NCBI GenBank assembly: GCA_000372225.1
Contig: AQTY01000001.1
Span: 83,272 to 147,271 of the forward strand
Length of the DNA: 64,000 nt
Origin: Candidatus Nitromaritima sp. SCGC AAA288-L16
GTDB lineage: Bacteria > Nitrospinota > Nitrospinia > Nitrospinales > VA-1
Direction: 5' to 3'
The notes beneath the pieces were generated by a model that saw only the letters and a list, made by a program, of their open reading frames with translations, was not told where the DNA came from and made no database searches. The stretch's first letter is position 1. The number at the start of each line of letters is the position of its first letter. Positions 20,109 to 28,961 of the stretch are shown here, in pieces. Both the position numbers and the translations under genes were made by a program.

Positions 20109-20146
20109 GGGTTAAACCAATCGATTACAAATAAGAGACATTAATC

Positions 20147-20174
20147 AATATAGCTCAACAACCTCCATTGTCAA
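20147..20174 (-). promoter_or_regulatory. putative sigma70 promoter for the 113-aa/FliK-like/FlhB-C-like genes
   Basis: On the minus strand: TTGACA (20174-20169), 16-nt spacer, TATATT (20152-20147). About 40 nt upstream of the ATG at 20108. Confidence 0.35.
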
Positions 20175-20229
20175 GCGAACCAATACAAGCAACCAGTTAG
20201 TTATTAACTTATACGGCAAAAGAAAAAGT

Positions 20230-20817
20230 CTACTTAACTATAAATTCAGAAAAATAGACCTCTTGAACCACACCCGTCCCAACTGGCAAAAGTTCGTTAA
20301 CCTTAGTAATAATCCTTTTTTTTACTCGTTCTTTAGTGGACTCTATTTTTGTGGTGAGATTTTTATAGCTTTGCCTAAGAAGAATATTATAAATTCTTTT
20401 TCGAATACCGGGCAGATTTTTAGAAATCTGCCCTCCTAACCCTGCATTGCTCATACTAAAACTAGGGGTAACCAGAAGGAAACGACCTGATTCTTCCTTA
20501 CTCTTTAGTTTAATAGGGAAAAAAAATGACTTGAGAGGGTACATGTGAACTTTTTCAAACTTTGGTTGAGCTAATCCACTACCAGAATCGTCGACCTCCC
20601 CTAAAGCGTCTTCTGTTTCTGAATCAACCCCCTCTTCCGTCACGACATCGTTTTTTGGCTCATCTCCTGAGAGAAAATAATACGCAGCACCACCAATAAG
20701 CAAAAGAAGAAGCAAAGCACCGCCGCCAACCATAATCATTAATTTTTTATCGGATTTAAGCTTTGCAATTAAGCTCGGTTCACTACTATCTGATTCAGTT
20801 GTATCGTCTTCGGCCAT
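20230..20817 (-). CDS. FliL-like flagellar basal-body-associated protein
   Basis: Acidic N-terminus, a single TM (LMIMVGGGALLLLLLIGGAAYYFL), then the FliL pattern: MYPLKSFFFPIKL...RFLLV...LPGIRKRIYNILL...ERVKKRIITKVNELL...VQEVYFSEFIVK at the C-terminus. Confidence 0.6.
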   Translation of the reverse strand: MAEDDTTESDSSEPSLIAKLKSDKKLMIMVGGGALLLLLLIGGAAYYFLSGDEPKNDVVTEEGVDSETEDALGEVDDSGSGLAQPKFEKVHMYPLKSFFFPIKLKSKEESGRFLLVTPSFSMSNAGLGGQISKNLPGIRKRIYNILLRQSYKNLTTKIESTKERVKKRIITKVNELLPVGTGVVQEVYFSEFIVK

Positions 20818-20838
20818 AATTCTTGATTAAATATTACT

Positions 20839-21444
20839 CTACGCAAGAGTCTTAAGTTCGGAGTACAAACGATGTACCTGAGATTTTAATAAGTCTCGCC
20901 CCCTTGTGTTATCTAAAACATAATCGGCATAATTCAATTTTTCCTCTAGTGACATTTGTGATTTAAGACGACTTTTAACGGATGCACGAGATTCTCCGTC
21001 ACGGTTCATAACACGTTGAATTTGCTTGTTTTGAGTACTTTGAACAATTATAACTTTAGCAACATTTTTATAGTTTTGTGATTCAATCAATAACGCGGAA
21101 TCAATAATAACTACAGCTTCAGGGTTTATCTTTTGGTGGTCTGAATATATATTTTTTTCTTCTGCTATAACGCGGCGATGCAAAATAACTTCTAGAGTAT
21201 CTCTCTTTTTAGCACTTTGGAATACTTCAACTGCTAATTTTGACCTATTCAAAGTTTTGTCAGAGTTCAGGTATTCCTTGCCAAACTTGTCAACAATTTC
21301 TTCCCAAGCGGGTTGATGGGGAACAACAAGCTGTCGACTTATAAGGTCTGCATCAATAATATATGCACCTAATTCCTTAAAGTACGATGCAGCAAGGGAC
21401 TTTCCTGATCCTATATTCCCCGTCAATCCAATTAATATGGACAT
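20839..21444 (-). CDS. coaE: dephospho-CoA kinase
   Basis: P-loop IGLTGNIGSGKS, IIDADLISR, ~200 aa. Confidence 0.9.
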   Translation of the reverse strand: MSILIGLTGNIGSGKSLAASYFKELGAYIIDADLISRQLVVPHQPAWEEIVDKFGKEYLNSDKTLNRSKLAVEVFQSAKKRDTLEVILHRRVIAEEKNIYSDHQKINPEAVVIIDSALLIESQNYKNVAKVIIVQSTQNKQIQRVMNRDGESRASVKSRLKSQMSLEEKLNYADYVLDNTRGRDLLKSQVHRLYSELKTLA

Positions 21445-21456
21445 AGCAATCCTTTA

Positions 21457-22314
21457 TCACTCGAAGCGCTCTAGAAAGTTTTCATACAAACAAATCAAAC
21501 TTCGAGTAATGGGACCTGGCTTCCCATCACCAACAATTTTCCTATCCAAACGAGTAACGGGCATAAGATTTTTAACGGAACCAGTCAAAAACATTTCATC
21601 AGCATTTTCAAGAACCTCAACAGGCCAAGCCCCTTGTTCTAATCGAAATCCATTTTCCTGGCTGAGTTTAATAACCACATCTCTTGTTATACCAGCTAAT
21701 ATTCCACAATCTAAAGAAGGTGTCATGAGAGTTCCATTTCGAACAAAAAAGAAATTACTTGTTGTGCTCTCGGTTAAATGACCGCGTGAATTCAGCATCA
21801 ATGCATCATGAGCACCAAGACGCTCAGACTCAATTTTAGCAAGTACATTATTTAAATAATTTCCAGTTTTAATGCTAGGACTCAGGGCATTTTTTGAATT
21901 TCTCTGAACGCTGACAACAGCAAGATGAATCCCATTTTCATAGAAATCTGATGGGTATATATGCGCAGGAGTCACGTAAATGAGAACGAGTGGAGCGTGG
22001 CAGGACGAAGGGTCAATATTTATGTCTCCCACACCACGAGTCACAACTATACGGACATAGGATTCTTGATTTGCCGCATCTGCGAGAGTGCGGTCAATCT
22101 GTTCCCTCAACCAAAAATCATCAAACGGAATGACAAGTTCGATTCCTCCCGCGGAACGACGCAATCGTTTTAAATGTTCATCAAGAAAACAAGGACGATT
22201 TTTTCTAGTATTAACAACCTCGTAAACACTATCGCCAAATAAAAAACCATGGTCAAAAACTGAAACAAACGCTTCTTCTTTTATCATTCCGTTAATATTA
22301 ATACGTGTCATCAT
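21457..22314 (-). CDS. class IV PLP-dependent aminotransferase (IlvE / D-aa aminotransferase / PabC family)
   Basis: FDHGFLFGDSVYEVV, HLKRLRRSA, catalytic Lys context SIKTGNYLNNVLA, LMLNSRGHLTESTTSNFFFV. Confidence 0.85.
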   Translation of the reverse strand: MMTRININGMIKEEAFVSVFDHGFLFGDSVYEVVNTRKNRPCFLDEHLKRLRRSAGGIELVIPFDDFWLREQIDRTLADAANQESYVRIVVTRGVGDINIDPSSCHAPLVLIYVTPAHIYPSDFYENGIHLAVVSVQRNSKNALSPSIKTGNYLNNVLAKIESERLGAHDALMLNSRGHLTESTTSNFFFVRNGTLMTPSLDCGILAGITRDVVIKLSQENGFRLEQGAWPVEVLENADEMFLTGSVKNLMPVTRLDRKIVGDGKPGPITRSLICLYENFLERFE

Positions 22315-22342
22315 GCAATCTAATATTAAAATATATAAAAAT

Positions 22343-23086
22343 CTATTTAGTAGGAAATGTTTTCAGGAGGTCGTTTAATTCGTTCTTATCTTTTTTTGTG
22401 TGGTTATCCATAGCACCTTCTTCAGGTCTATTTTTTATTCCCCCTTGAATCGCATCCAGCAATTCTTCTTTTTTATGTTTTATACCTTGAGTAATTGCAT
22501 TAAGGTCACCTATTTTTTTTAATTTTTCTTGAACCTCATCCACGGACATTTCTGAAGAAAAATCTAAAAATTTGTCGATGTAAGGTTCTTGACTGACCAA
22601 GGAAATAATTTTTTCTAAATAGGGTGTAATAATCGATCCCTGAGTAACCTTTTCATAACCCCCGCTAAATAAACCTAATGGAAACATTATAATAGCTACA
22701 ATAACAAGTCCTTTTAGAACTCCAAGCGCCCCACCTACAATGCGATCAAGAAAGGAAATAGCAAGTGTCCCCTCTACACTTTTTCTGATCAATTGACCAA
22801 GCAGACCAAAAATGATTTTTACTATAAAAATAATAAACAGCCCTACTGAAATTTTAACAACAGTGAAAACTATCGTGAATTCGGAAATACGAGCCATAAT
22901 CTCTTGAGAAACCATCGACTGAAGAGTCGTGGCAAATTCCTCGTAGTAATCCATGGCCAAAACATAACCTACCAAATAACCAAGCAAAGAAAATATTTCC
23001 CTAACCATTCCCTTAGAAAAGGAATAAACAAAACAAATACCAATAATAAAGATAATGACAAAATCAAATATACTCATAATAACCAA
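22343..23086 (-). CDS. CvpA-family membrane protein with a soluble C-terminal extension
   Basis: Four predicted TM helices at the N-terminus (FDFVIIFIIGICFVYSFSKGMVREIFSLLGYLVGYVLA...), typical of the CvpA/colicin V production family. Confidence 0.65.
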   Translation of the reverse strand: MVIMSIFDFVIIFIIGICFVYSFSKGMVREIFSLLGYLVGYVLAMDYYEEFATTLQSMVSQEIMARISEFTIVFTVVKISVGLFIIFIVKIIFGLLGQLIRKSVEGTLAISFLDRIVGGALGVLKGLVIVAIIMFPLGLFSGGYEKVTQGSIITPYLEKIISLVSQEPYIDKFLDFSSEMSVDEVQEKLKKIGDLNAITQGIKHKKEELLDAIQGGIKNRPEEGAMDNHTKKDKNELNDLLKTFPTK

Positions 23087-23136
23087 TTGAGAATCGCATA
23101 ATCATTAACTGCGCTGCGATAATAAGGAATGATAGC

Positions 23137-23646
23137 CTAACCAAGTTTATTTATATAGTTGGCATAAATGAAGCTAAAGGTTGACGTATGTATTTCAGGG
23201 TTTAATTGCATCAAAGCTCTTACTTCGGATAACTTCATATATCTACCCTCAGAAATCTCATTCTTATTGATACAGATATTACTATCTGTAACACATTTAT
23301 ATACACGAACATGCTCCCAAAAGGTCATACTTTGAGCGGGAATGGATAAAACCTCATCTAATTGAACATCCGAAAGACTTAATTCTTCATTAAGTTCTCG
23401 TTTTGCACAAGTAATATAATCTTCCTCTGATTCGACATGCCCTGCTGCAGAAGAATCCCATAACCCAGGGCTTTCGTCCTTAATCATCGCCCTCTTCTGA
23501 AGAAACAAACTACCAGTAGAGTTAAAAACAAGAATATGTACCGACCTATGCATTAAGTCATTATTATGGACTTGGAGTCTAGACGCTTTACCTATAACCA
23601 TATCTTCTGAATCGACCACATCAAAAATTTCATCGGATTCACTCAT
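23137..23646 (-). CDS. NUDIX hydrolase
   Basis: Nudix box GHVESEEDYITCAKRELNEELSL (Gx5Ex7REUxEExGU). Confidence 0.85.
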   Translation of the reverse strand: MSESDEIFDVVDSEDMVIGKASRLQVHNNDLMHRSVHILVFNSTGSLFLQKRAMIKDESPGLWDSSAAGHVESEEDYITCAKRELNEELSLSDVQLDEVLSIPAQSMTFWEHVRVYKCVTDSNICINKNEISEGRYMKLSEVRALMQLNPEIHTSTFSFIYANYINKLG

Positions 23647-23670
23647 AAAACTATCAAAAAATAAAAATTA

Positions 23671-24999
23671 CTACTCTGGTTTTTGATATTCTCGTAGATA
23701 AGAAAGTCGAGATGGGATTTCTCCTTTCTCGCAGTAGTTATGTTTTACAAGTAGTTTAATATCATCAATAACTCTTTTGTCACCCTCAAATAATATAGTC
23801 TGATAGCCTTTATCAGCAACAAGTCCACCAACTTGCAAAAGACTCATAACAGACTTGGCATTAAATTTTTTCTCATCAACAACCACAAACAAATCCATAT
23901 TTTCGTATTTTCTGGCAATAATAGATACAAGAGTGCATGGACGAGCGTGAAAACCTAATGGTTTAGGAATAGACAACTCCACTCTCACCACTATAGAAAA
24001 GAATTTTAATATTTCCTCCGCCAGATTATTCCCTTCATTGATAAAGTATTGACTATAAAAAAAACCAAAATTGACGATTTTATCCAAAAGCACATCTTTA
24101 TTAACTATCATGGAAATACGTTTCCTATTCTCTCCAGGACGAATCTCATCCTCATGACGCTCATAAAAATGTACCAACCATAAAGACACTTCAAGAAGGT
24201 GCAAGGGCATTGACACATAACCACGCAATATTTTTAACTCTTCATGTTCAGCCTCAAGCTTTGTATTTTTAACATATGTATCAAAATCCGATTGAATATT
24301 ATGAATTAAGTTTTTGTGAAGCCTAGCTCGGTTTTCATTATATTTTTGTAAAACGACTAACTTAAGTTTTTTAATATCCTCTATTTGAGAAATCTTTGAA
24401 TCATTCATTAACCTCGAAATATGTTTGATTTTTTCGCATACTTCGATGACACGTTCTTCTTCGTCTTTCACTTCATCCTCAGCTACATTGCGAGGCAATC
24501 TTTTATTAGATTTAATATCAGAAAATTCAATCTGAATATCACTATCAATAGATATTTTCAGACTATTTACTTCGGTAGCAGCATATAACTCCTGGAGAAG
24601 ACTAAGGATAGACTGATTAAGAAAAAAAAGTACAGCTATAGAAGCATTTTTAAATTCATTTTCCTTATTGCTAGGTTCTTTCAGATTATAATAAGGGTAT
24701 CGATCTAATATATGGCGAGTAAAAAATGCTGCAATAGATAAGTTTCGTATAGAGGCTAGACACTCAACAAAGAAACTCCATTTTTTATTTTCTCTTGCTC
24801 CATATTGGTCCATAAAATTTTCTAAAGACTCCGACTCTTGAATAAGGTTAGAATAAAATTTTCTTGAGATATCTTTTTTATCTTGGTTGCGACTCTTAAA
24901 AAGAAAGAATACGTTAAAAAATTGCTCACATGGGACTTTAGCCAGCACAAGAAAATCTTTCTCGGTTATGATTTGGGTTAACGATTTAGGCTCAACCAT
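23671..24999 (-). CDS. fusion protein: unknown ~350-aa helical N-terminal domain plus C-terminal HPr phosphocarrier domain
   Basis: The C-terminal ~90 aa read LGFHARPCTLVSIIARKYE...FNAKSVMSLLQVGGLVADKGYQTILFEGD, matching HPr (GIHARPAT...NLKSIMGVMSLG). Both the His15-equivalent and Ser46-equivalent are retained. I do not recognise the N-terminal domain. Confidence 0.75.
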   Translation of the reverse strand: MVEPKSLTQIITEKDFLVLAKVPCEQFFNVFFLFKSRNQDKKDISRKFYSNLIQESESLENFMDQYGARENKKWSFFVECLASIRNLSIAAFFTRHILDRYPYYNLKEPSNKENEFKNASIAVLFFLNQSILSLLQELYAATEVNSLKISIDSDIQIEFSDIKSNKRLPRNVAEDEVKDEEERVIEVCEKIKHISRLMNDSKISQIEDIKKLKLVVLQKYNENRARLHKNLIHNIQSDFDTYVKNTKLEAEHEELKILRGYVSMPLHLLEVSLWLVHFYERHEDEIRPGENRKRISMIVNKDVLLDKIVNFGFFYSQYFINEGNNLAEEILKFFSIVVRVELSIPKPLGFHARPCTLVSIIARKYENMDLFVVVDEKKFNAKSVMSLLQVGGLVADKGYQTILFEGDKRVIDDIKLLVKHNYCEKGEIPSRLSYLREYQKPE

Positions 25000-25091
25000 A
25001 GATCTCCATTCACTTTATTGCTCATAATGAAATTAAAGATTATATTAGCAATAAAAAACCAAAGTAGAATAATTCATAAAACAAAATATCA

Positions 25092-25634
25092 TCAAATCAA
25101 AGACTTGGAAATCATGGATGCAGGAAGATATTTTTTCCAGATTTCTAAATGAGAGGTTGGGCCTGTTGGAATGCTAAAAAAAGGCCAATAAGAGCTAGGC
25201 TTGGATGGTTTAGTGAGTAGTTTCATTCCTTTTTCCGAAGGTGTTTGATCACCTTTTTTTAAATTACAAGATTTACAGGCACCTACTACATTAATCCAAT
25301 TGGATTTGCCTCCACGTGATTTTGGGAGCACATGGTCGACAGTCAATGAAGTATTGATTGTGCCGCAATACTGACAAGTAAAGTTATCACGACGTAAAAT
25401 ATTTTTTTTGCTAAAAGAGATTCCCCTACGTTTGGACCGTTTTACAATATTAAGAACGCGAATTACTGCCGGGAGTTTGAAGGATGTTGTTGGCGTTCGG
25501 ACCACGTAACCATCACTTTCAATAAATTCAGCCCGCTCATTAAAAACCATAATAATTGCGCGTTTTGCACTACAAAACTGAAGTGGCTCATAAGAATAGT
25601 TTAGAACCAAACTTTTCACTGAATTTAACATCAT
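25092..25634 (-). CDS. HNH endonuclease (small conserved COG1403-type)
   Basis: CQYCG...LTVDHVLPKSRGGKSNWINVVGACKSCNLKKG (HNH with CxxC pairs). Confidence 0.85.
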   Translation of the reverse strand: MMLNSVKSLVLNYSYEPLQFCSAKRAIIMVFNERAEFIESDGYVVRTPTTSFKLPAVIRVLNIVKRSKRRGISFSKKNILRRDNFTCQYCGTINTSLTVDHVLPKSRGGKSNWINVVGACKSCNLKKGDQTPSEKGMKLLTKPSKPSSYWPFFSIPTGPTSHLEIWKKYLPASMISKSLI

Positions 25635-25756
25635 CTAGGCTCTCTACAGTTACCAGAAATCAATCACACTACGAAAAGAATGTTTAGCTTACAGAATTCT
25701 ATCTTCACGTCATACGCGCTGTCAATATAGGTAATATTTTCAAACAAACAGAGTTA

Positions 25757-27184
25757 TTAAAAAATATTTCCCCTCCCAAGGATAAAATCTGGGTCAAAAA
25801 TCTCCTTAATAGCCTTAAGTTGACACAAAGACTCCTCCCCAACCATCATCAAAAAATATTTTTTCTTCAATTTGCCAATACCGTGTTCGGCTGAAACCGT
25901 ACCATTCCACTCAAGAATCTGCCGAACAAGCCTAGAATACAGTTCATGAGCTTTTGGAATCTCTTGTTCGTCTGGTAAAAAGTTTATATGCAAATGATTA
26001 TCACCAACGTGACCGAAGATAACATAATCAATACCTGATCTCTCAAGTTCATTTTTATAAAAAAACATCATATCTTTAAAGTGTAATCTTGGGACAGCCA
26101 TATCAGTTCCTATTTTGGTTCTTTTCAGGCGGCTATTTTCTTCATTTAATAAAACAGGGATCGCGTGTCTAAACTCATGAAAACGCTTTAAATCACTGCT
26201 GGATTGAGCAAACCATGAATCACGAAGCGCGCTAGTTTCTTTCAAATAATCGAACCACGCTTCTAATGCAGGGTCATGATCCGATTGACGGTCAATATCA
26301 TTTTCAAAAAACAGGGCAGATTGAGCGTTAAGAGGAATATTTGCAAACTTTTTACGCAAGCGATTCAAAGAATGCCTATCAAAATATTCAAGTGAACAAG
26401 GGTTTATAAATTTGCTATTTGTTTTTTTTATAAAATCAACCAAATCCCAGCACTCTTCCTCCTTATGAAAAAATAAAATCCCGCTAATAAAAGACCAGGG
26501 ACGAACCTCAAGTTTTAATCTAATACGAGTAAAGATACCTAATGTCCCATCAGAACCGATGAACAAATCCAACCAGTCCATATCAGCCCTTACATAATAA
26601 CCAGCAGCGTTTTTACATAGCGGGCTCTTGTAGGTAGTCTCAGGAAAAAATAATTGCCGACCATCAGAAATATTCAGAGGATTAGTGATGGTTAATCCCC
26701 TTTTCAAAGTGATCGTATTCCCATCAACCAGGATAATATCCGCCTCAAGCACATAGTCTCTGGTCACACCAAACTTATAACTTCTTGAACCAGATGCGTT
26801 GGTTGCAAGTGTTCCCCCAATAGAAGCAAGGCTTTCAGTAGGATTGGGTGGATAGAAATATTCTGTTGCTTCTAATTTTTTATATATGTTAGCAAGAGAT
26901 GCAGCAGGACCAACATCTATAATGCCGTTCTCTGGGTTACCAATACTATCAAATCGCTCAAGAGATATAATACAACCAGATTCTGGAATACGTGATGCTG
27001 TCATACCTGTCCCAGCGCCTGCGATCGTAATTTGTTGTGTGTTAGTTTTTAAAAAACACGTAAGTTCTTCAATAGATTCTGGGATAACAACTTTATTTGC
27101 AAAACCACCTACGTAATTTGAAGCATCCTGCAGATATGGAGAGATTGCTTGAGAATCTGTCTTATAAATCATTTGAATTGCCAA
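25757..27184 (-). CDS. FAD-linked oxidase (GlcD / D-lactate dehydrogenase family)
   Basis: FAD_binding_4 region ITIAGAGTGMT, LATNASGSRSYKFG, and C-terminal SAEHGIGKLKK. Confidence 0.85.
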   Translation of the reverse strand: MAIQMIYKTDSQAISPYLQDASNYVGGFANKVVIPESIEELTCFLKTNTQQITIAGAGTGMTASRIPESGCIISLERFDSIGNPENGIIDVGPAASLANIYKKLEATEYFYPPNPTESLASIGGTLATNASGSRSYKFGVTRDYVLEADIILVDGNTITLKRGLTITNPLNISDGRQLFFPETTYKSPLCKNAAGYYVRADMDWLDLFIGSDGTLGIFTRIRLKLEVRPWSFISGILFFHKEEECWDLVDFIKKTNSKFINPCSLEYFDRHSLNRLRKKFANIPLNAQSALFFENDIDRQSDHDPALEAWFDYLKETSALRDSWFAQSSSDLKRFHEFRHAIPVLLNEENSRLKRTKIGTDMAVPRLHFKDMMFFYKNELERSGIDYVIFGHVGDNHLHINFLPDEQEIPKAHELYSRLVRQILEWNGTVSAEHGIGKLKKKYFLMMVGEESLCQLKAIKEIFDPDFILGRGNIF

Positions 27185-27196
27185 TCAATAATAAAT

Positions 27197-27877
27197 TTAC
27201 CATGCATTAGAATTTATTTGTATAAAGGCATTCAGTCGCTCGCAAGCTAATTCTCTAGCCATAGGGATTTGTTTTTTCTCCAGACACTGATTCACGCTTT
27301 TATCTCCAAGTAATTCGTTAAGAAATTTTTTTCTATACTCTACTGATGGAATCATTTTTTTAGACATACTCCTAAGTTGATCTTGCAAATTAATTTGCAT
27401 GAGAATCAAATCGCTAATCGATTTTTTTATTAAAGGTTCGAGGTTTTGTCTTATGGACTTACCCATTAAAGGACTTCTGCCACCAGTGGAAACAGCAACT
27501 TGAACAGTGTCATTAATATTAATAACTGATGGATGACTAAAATCACTCACTTGAGGATCGTCTGCTGCATATACATAACAACCATATTTTTTTTTCCCAA
27601 CAACAAGAATTTCTCTATTTATATCTGGATCATCAGTTGTAGCAAGAATCAAGTCCAGTTGTTTGTAATCCTTTAAAAAATCAACATTTTCTATTTTTCT
27701 TAAATCAAGTGAAACTTTTCCTTTTTCAGCATAATTTTTTATCGATTGTTCAGCTTTTTCAGCCACCACAAAGATCTTGCATTGCTGCGAAAGAAGCGCT
27801 TCAACCTTACGGCTCGCTTCATTACCTCCACCAATAACGAGAGCACGTTTTCCAATTAAATTAAGATCAACAATCAT
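27197..27877 (-). CDS. precorrin-2 dehydrogenase / sirohydrochlorin ferrochelatase (SirC / CysG N-terminal type)
   Basis: DLNLIGKRALVIGGGNEASRKVEALL, ILATTDDPDINREI, AVSTGGRSPLMGKSIR. Confidence 0.8.
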   Translation of the reverse strand: MIVDLNLIGKRALVIGGGNEASRKVEALLSQQCKIFVVAEKAEQSIKNYAEKGKVSLDLRKIENVDFLKDYKQLDLILATTDDPDINREILVVGKKKYGCYVYAADDPQVSDFSHPSVININDTVQVAVSTGGRSPLMGKSIRQNLEPLIKKSISDLILMQINLQDQLRSMSKKMIPSVEYRKKFLNELLGDKSVNQCLEKKQIPMARELACERLNAFIQINSNAW

Positions 27878-28011
27878 ATAAAAAACTCCATTTTATAATT
27901 CTAACATATAACTCTATTCATAAATGCATCAGAAAATACGTTTGTAGATTGAGCAATAGTCATATAACATTTCAAGTTAGAGATACATGGATATTTTCTT
28001 TTGGGGGCTAG

Positions 28012-28956
28012 ATGAATCAACACAGTTTTAGTAAAACTGAAGTAATAGATGGAGTCACTTTAACTTTAAGTAAACCGGACACGACAAAACCTGAATGGAT
28101 TGGCCAAAGTGAAGTTTTGAAGCAAGTTTTGGCATGCTGGATGGTTATATCAGATAAAGATCTTCCATTATCTCCTAGAATCATTGGTATGCCAGGAATA
28201 GGGAAAACCACTTTAGGAATGGTTGCGGCTTTAGAAAGAAAACAACCGCTTTATATATATCAATGTACAAGTGATACACGACCAGAAGATTTAATTGTCA
28301 CTCCTGTTTTGGCTGAATCAGGGAAAATTTCGTACCATGCATCACCATTAGTGACAGCAATGATTAGCGGAGGAATCTGCATACTAGATGAAGGCAACCG
28401 AATGAACGAAAAAAGCTGGGCTTCTCTAGCTCCTCTTCTTGATCACAGGCGCTATGTTGAATCTATTATTGCCGGACTTAGGATAAAAGCCCACGAGGAA
28501 TTTCGTGCTTGTGTCACGATGAATCACGATGAATCCACATTTGAAATCCCCGATTATATATTATCAAGACTTCAACCTACCCTAACATTGAATATGCCTA
28601 ATACTGAAGATGAGATGGCCATCTTAAAATATCACCTTCCATTCGCTGAAGCAGAATTACTTGAAATGACCGTAAACTTTCTGCAAAGATCTCACCAACT
28701 TGACCTTGAATTTTCTCCCAGGGACGGTTTACATATATTGCAATATGCGATGAAAAGGTTAATTCAAGACAAAGATCACCCCATAGCAAAAGATATGGTT
28801 TGGCAAGAATCAATTCAAAAGGTTCTTGGGGACGACGCACTAGATTTAGATGAAATGGCAGAGAAGAAAAATCGGGCATTAGGAGGAACACAATTACCGC
28901 AAGGGCTGGGTGATTTTTTTTTCGATGAAGACAGCCCGATCCATCCAGATCGATAA
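28012..28956 (+). CDS. AAA_5 / MoxR-class AAA+ ATPase (CbbQ/NorQ/GvpN/YehL-like)
   Basis: Walker [12 protein letters not shown], Walker [12 protein letters not shown], sensor-1-like ACVTMNHD. Single AAA+ module plus a helical lid, 314 aa. Confidence 0.85.
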   Translation: MNQHSFSKTEVIDGVTLTLSKPDTTKPEWIGQSEVLKQVLACWMVISDKDLPLSPRIIGMPGIGKTTLGMVAALERKQPLYIYQCTSDTRPEDLIVTPVLAESGKISYHASPLVTAMISGGICILDEGNRMNEKSWASLAPLLDHRRYVESIIAGLRIKAHEEFRACVTMNHDESTFEIPDYILSRLQPTLTLNMPNTEDEMAILKYHLPFAEAELLEMTVNFLQRSHQLDLEFSPRDGLHILQYAMKRLIQDKDHPIAKDMVWQESIQKVLGDDALDLDEMAEKKNRALGGTQLPQGLGDFFFDEDSPIHPDR

Positions 28957-28961
28957 CAACA

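Noticed and set aside
25092-25634. HNH endonuclease as part of a defence or homing element
   Set aside because: It matches the small, widely conserved stand-alone COG1403-type HNH protein. There is no adjacent methyltransferase, intein/intron, helicase or other defence gene.
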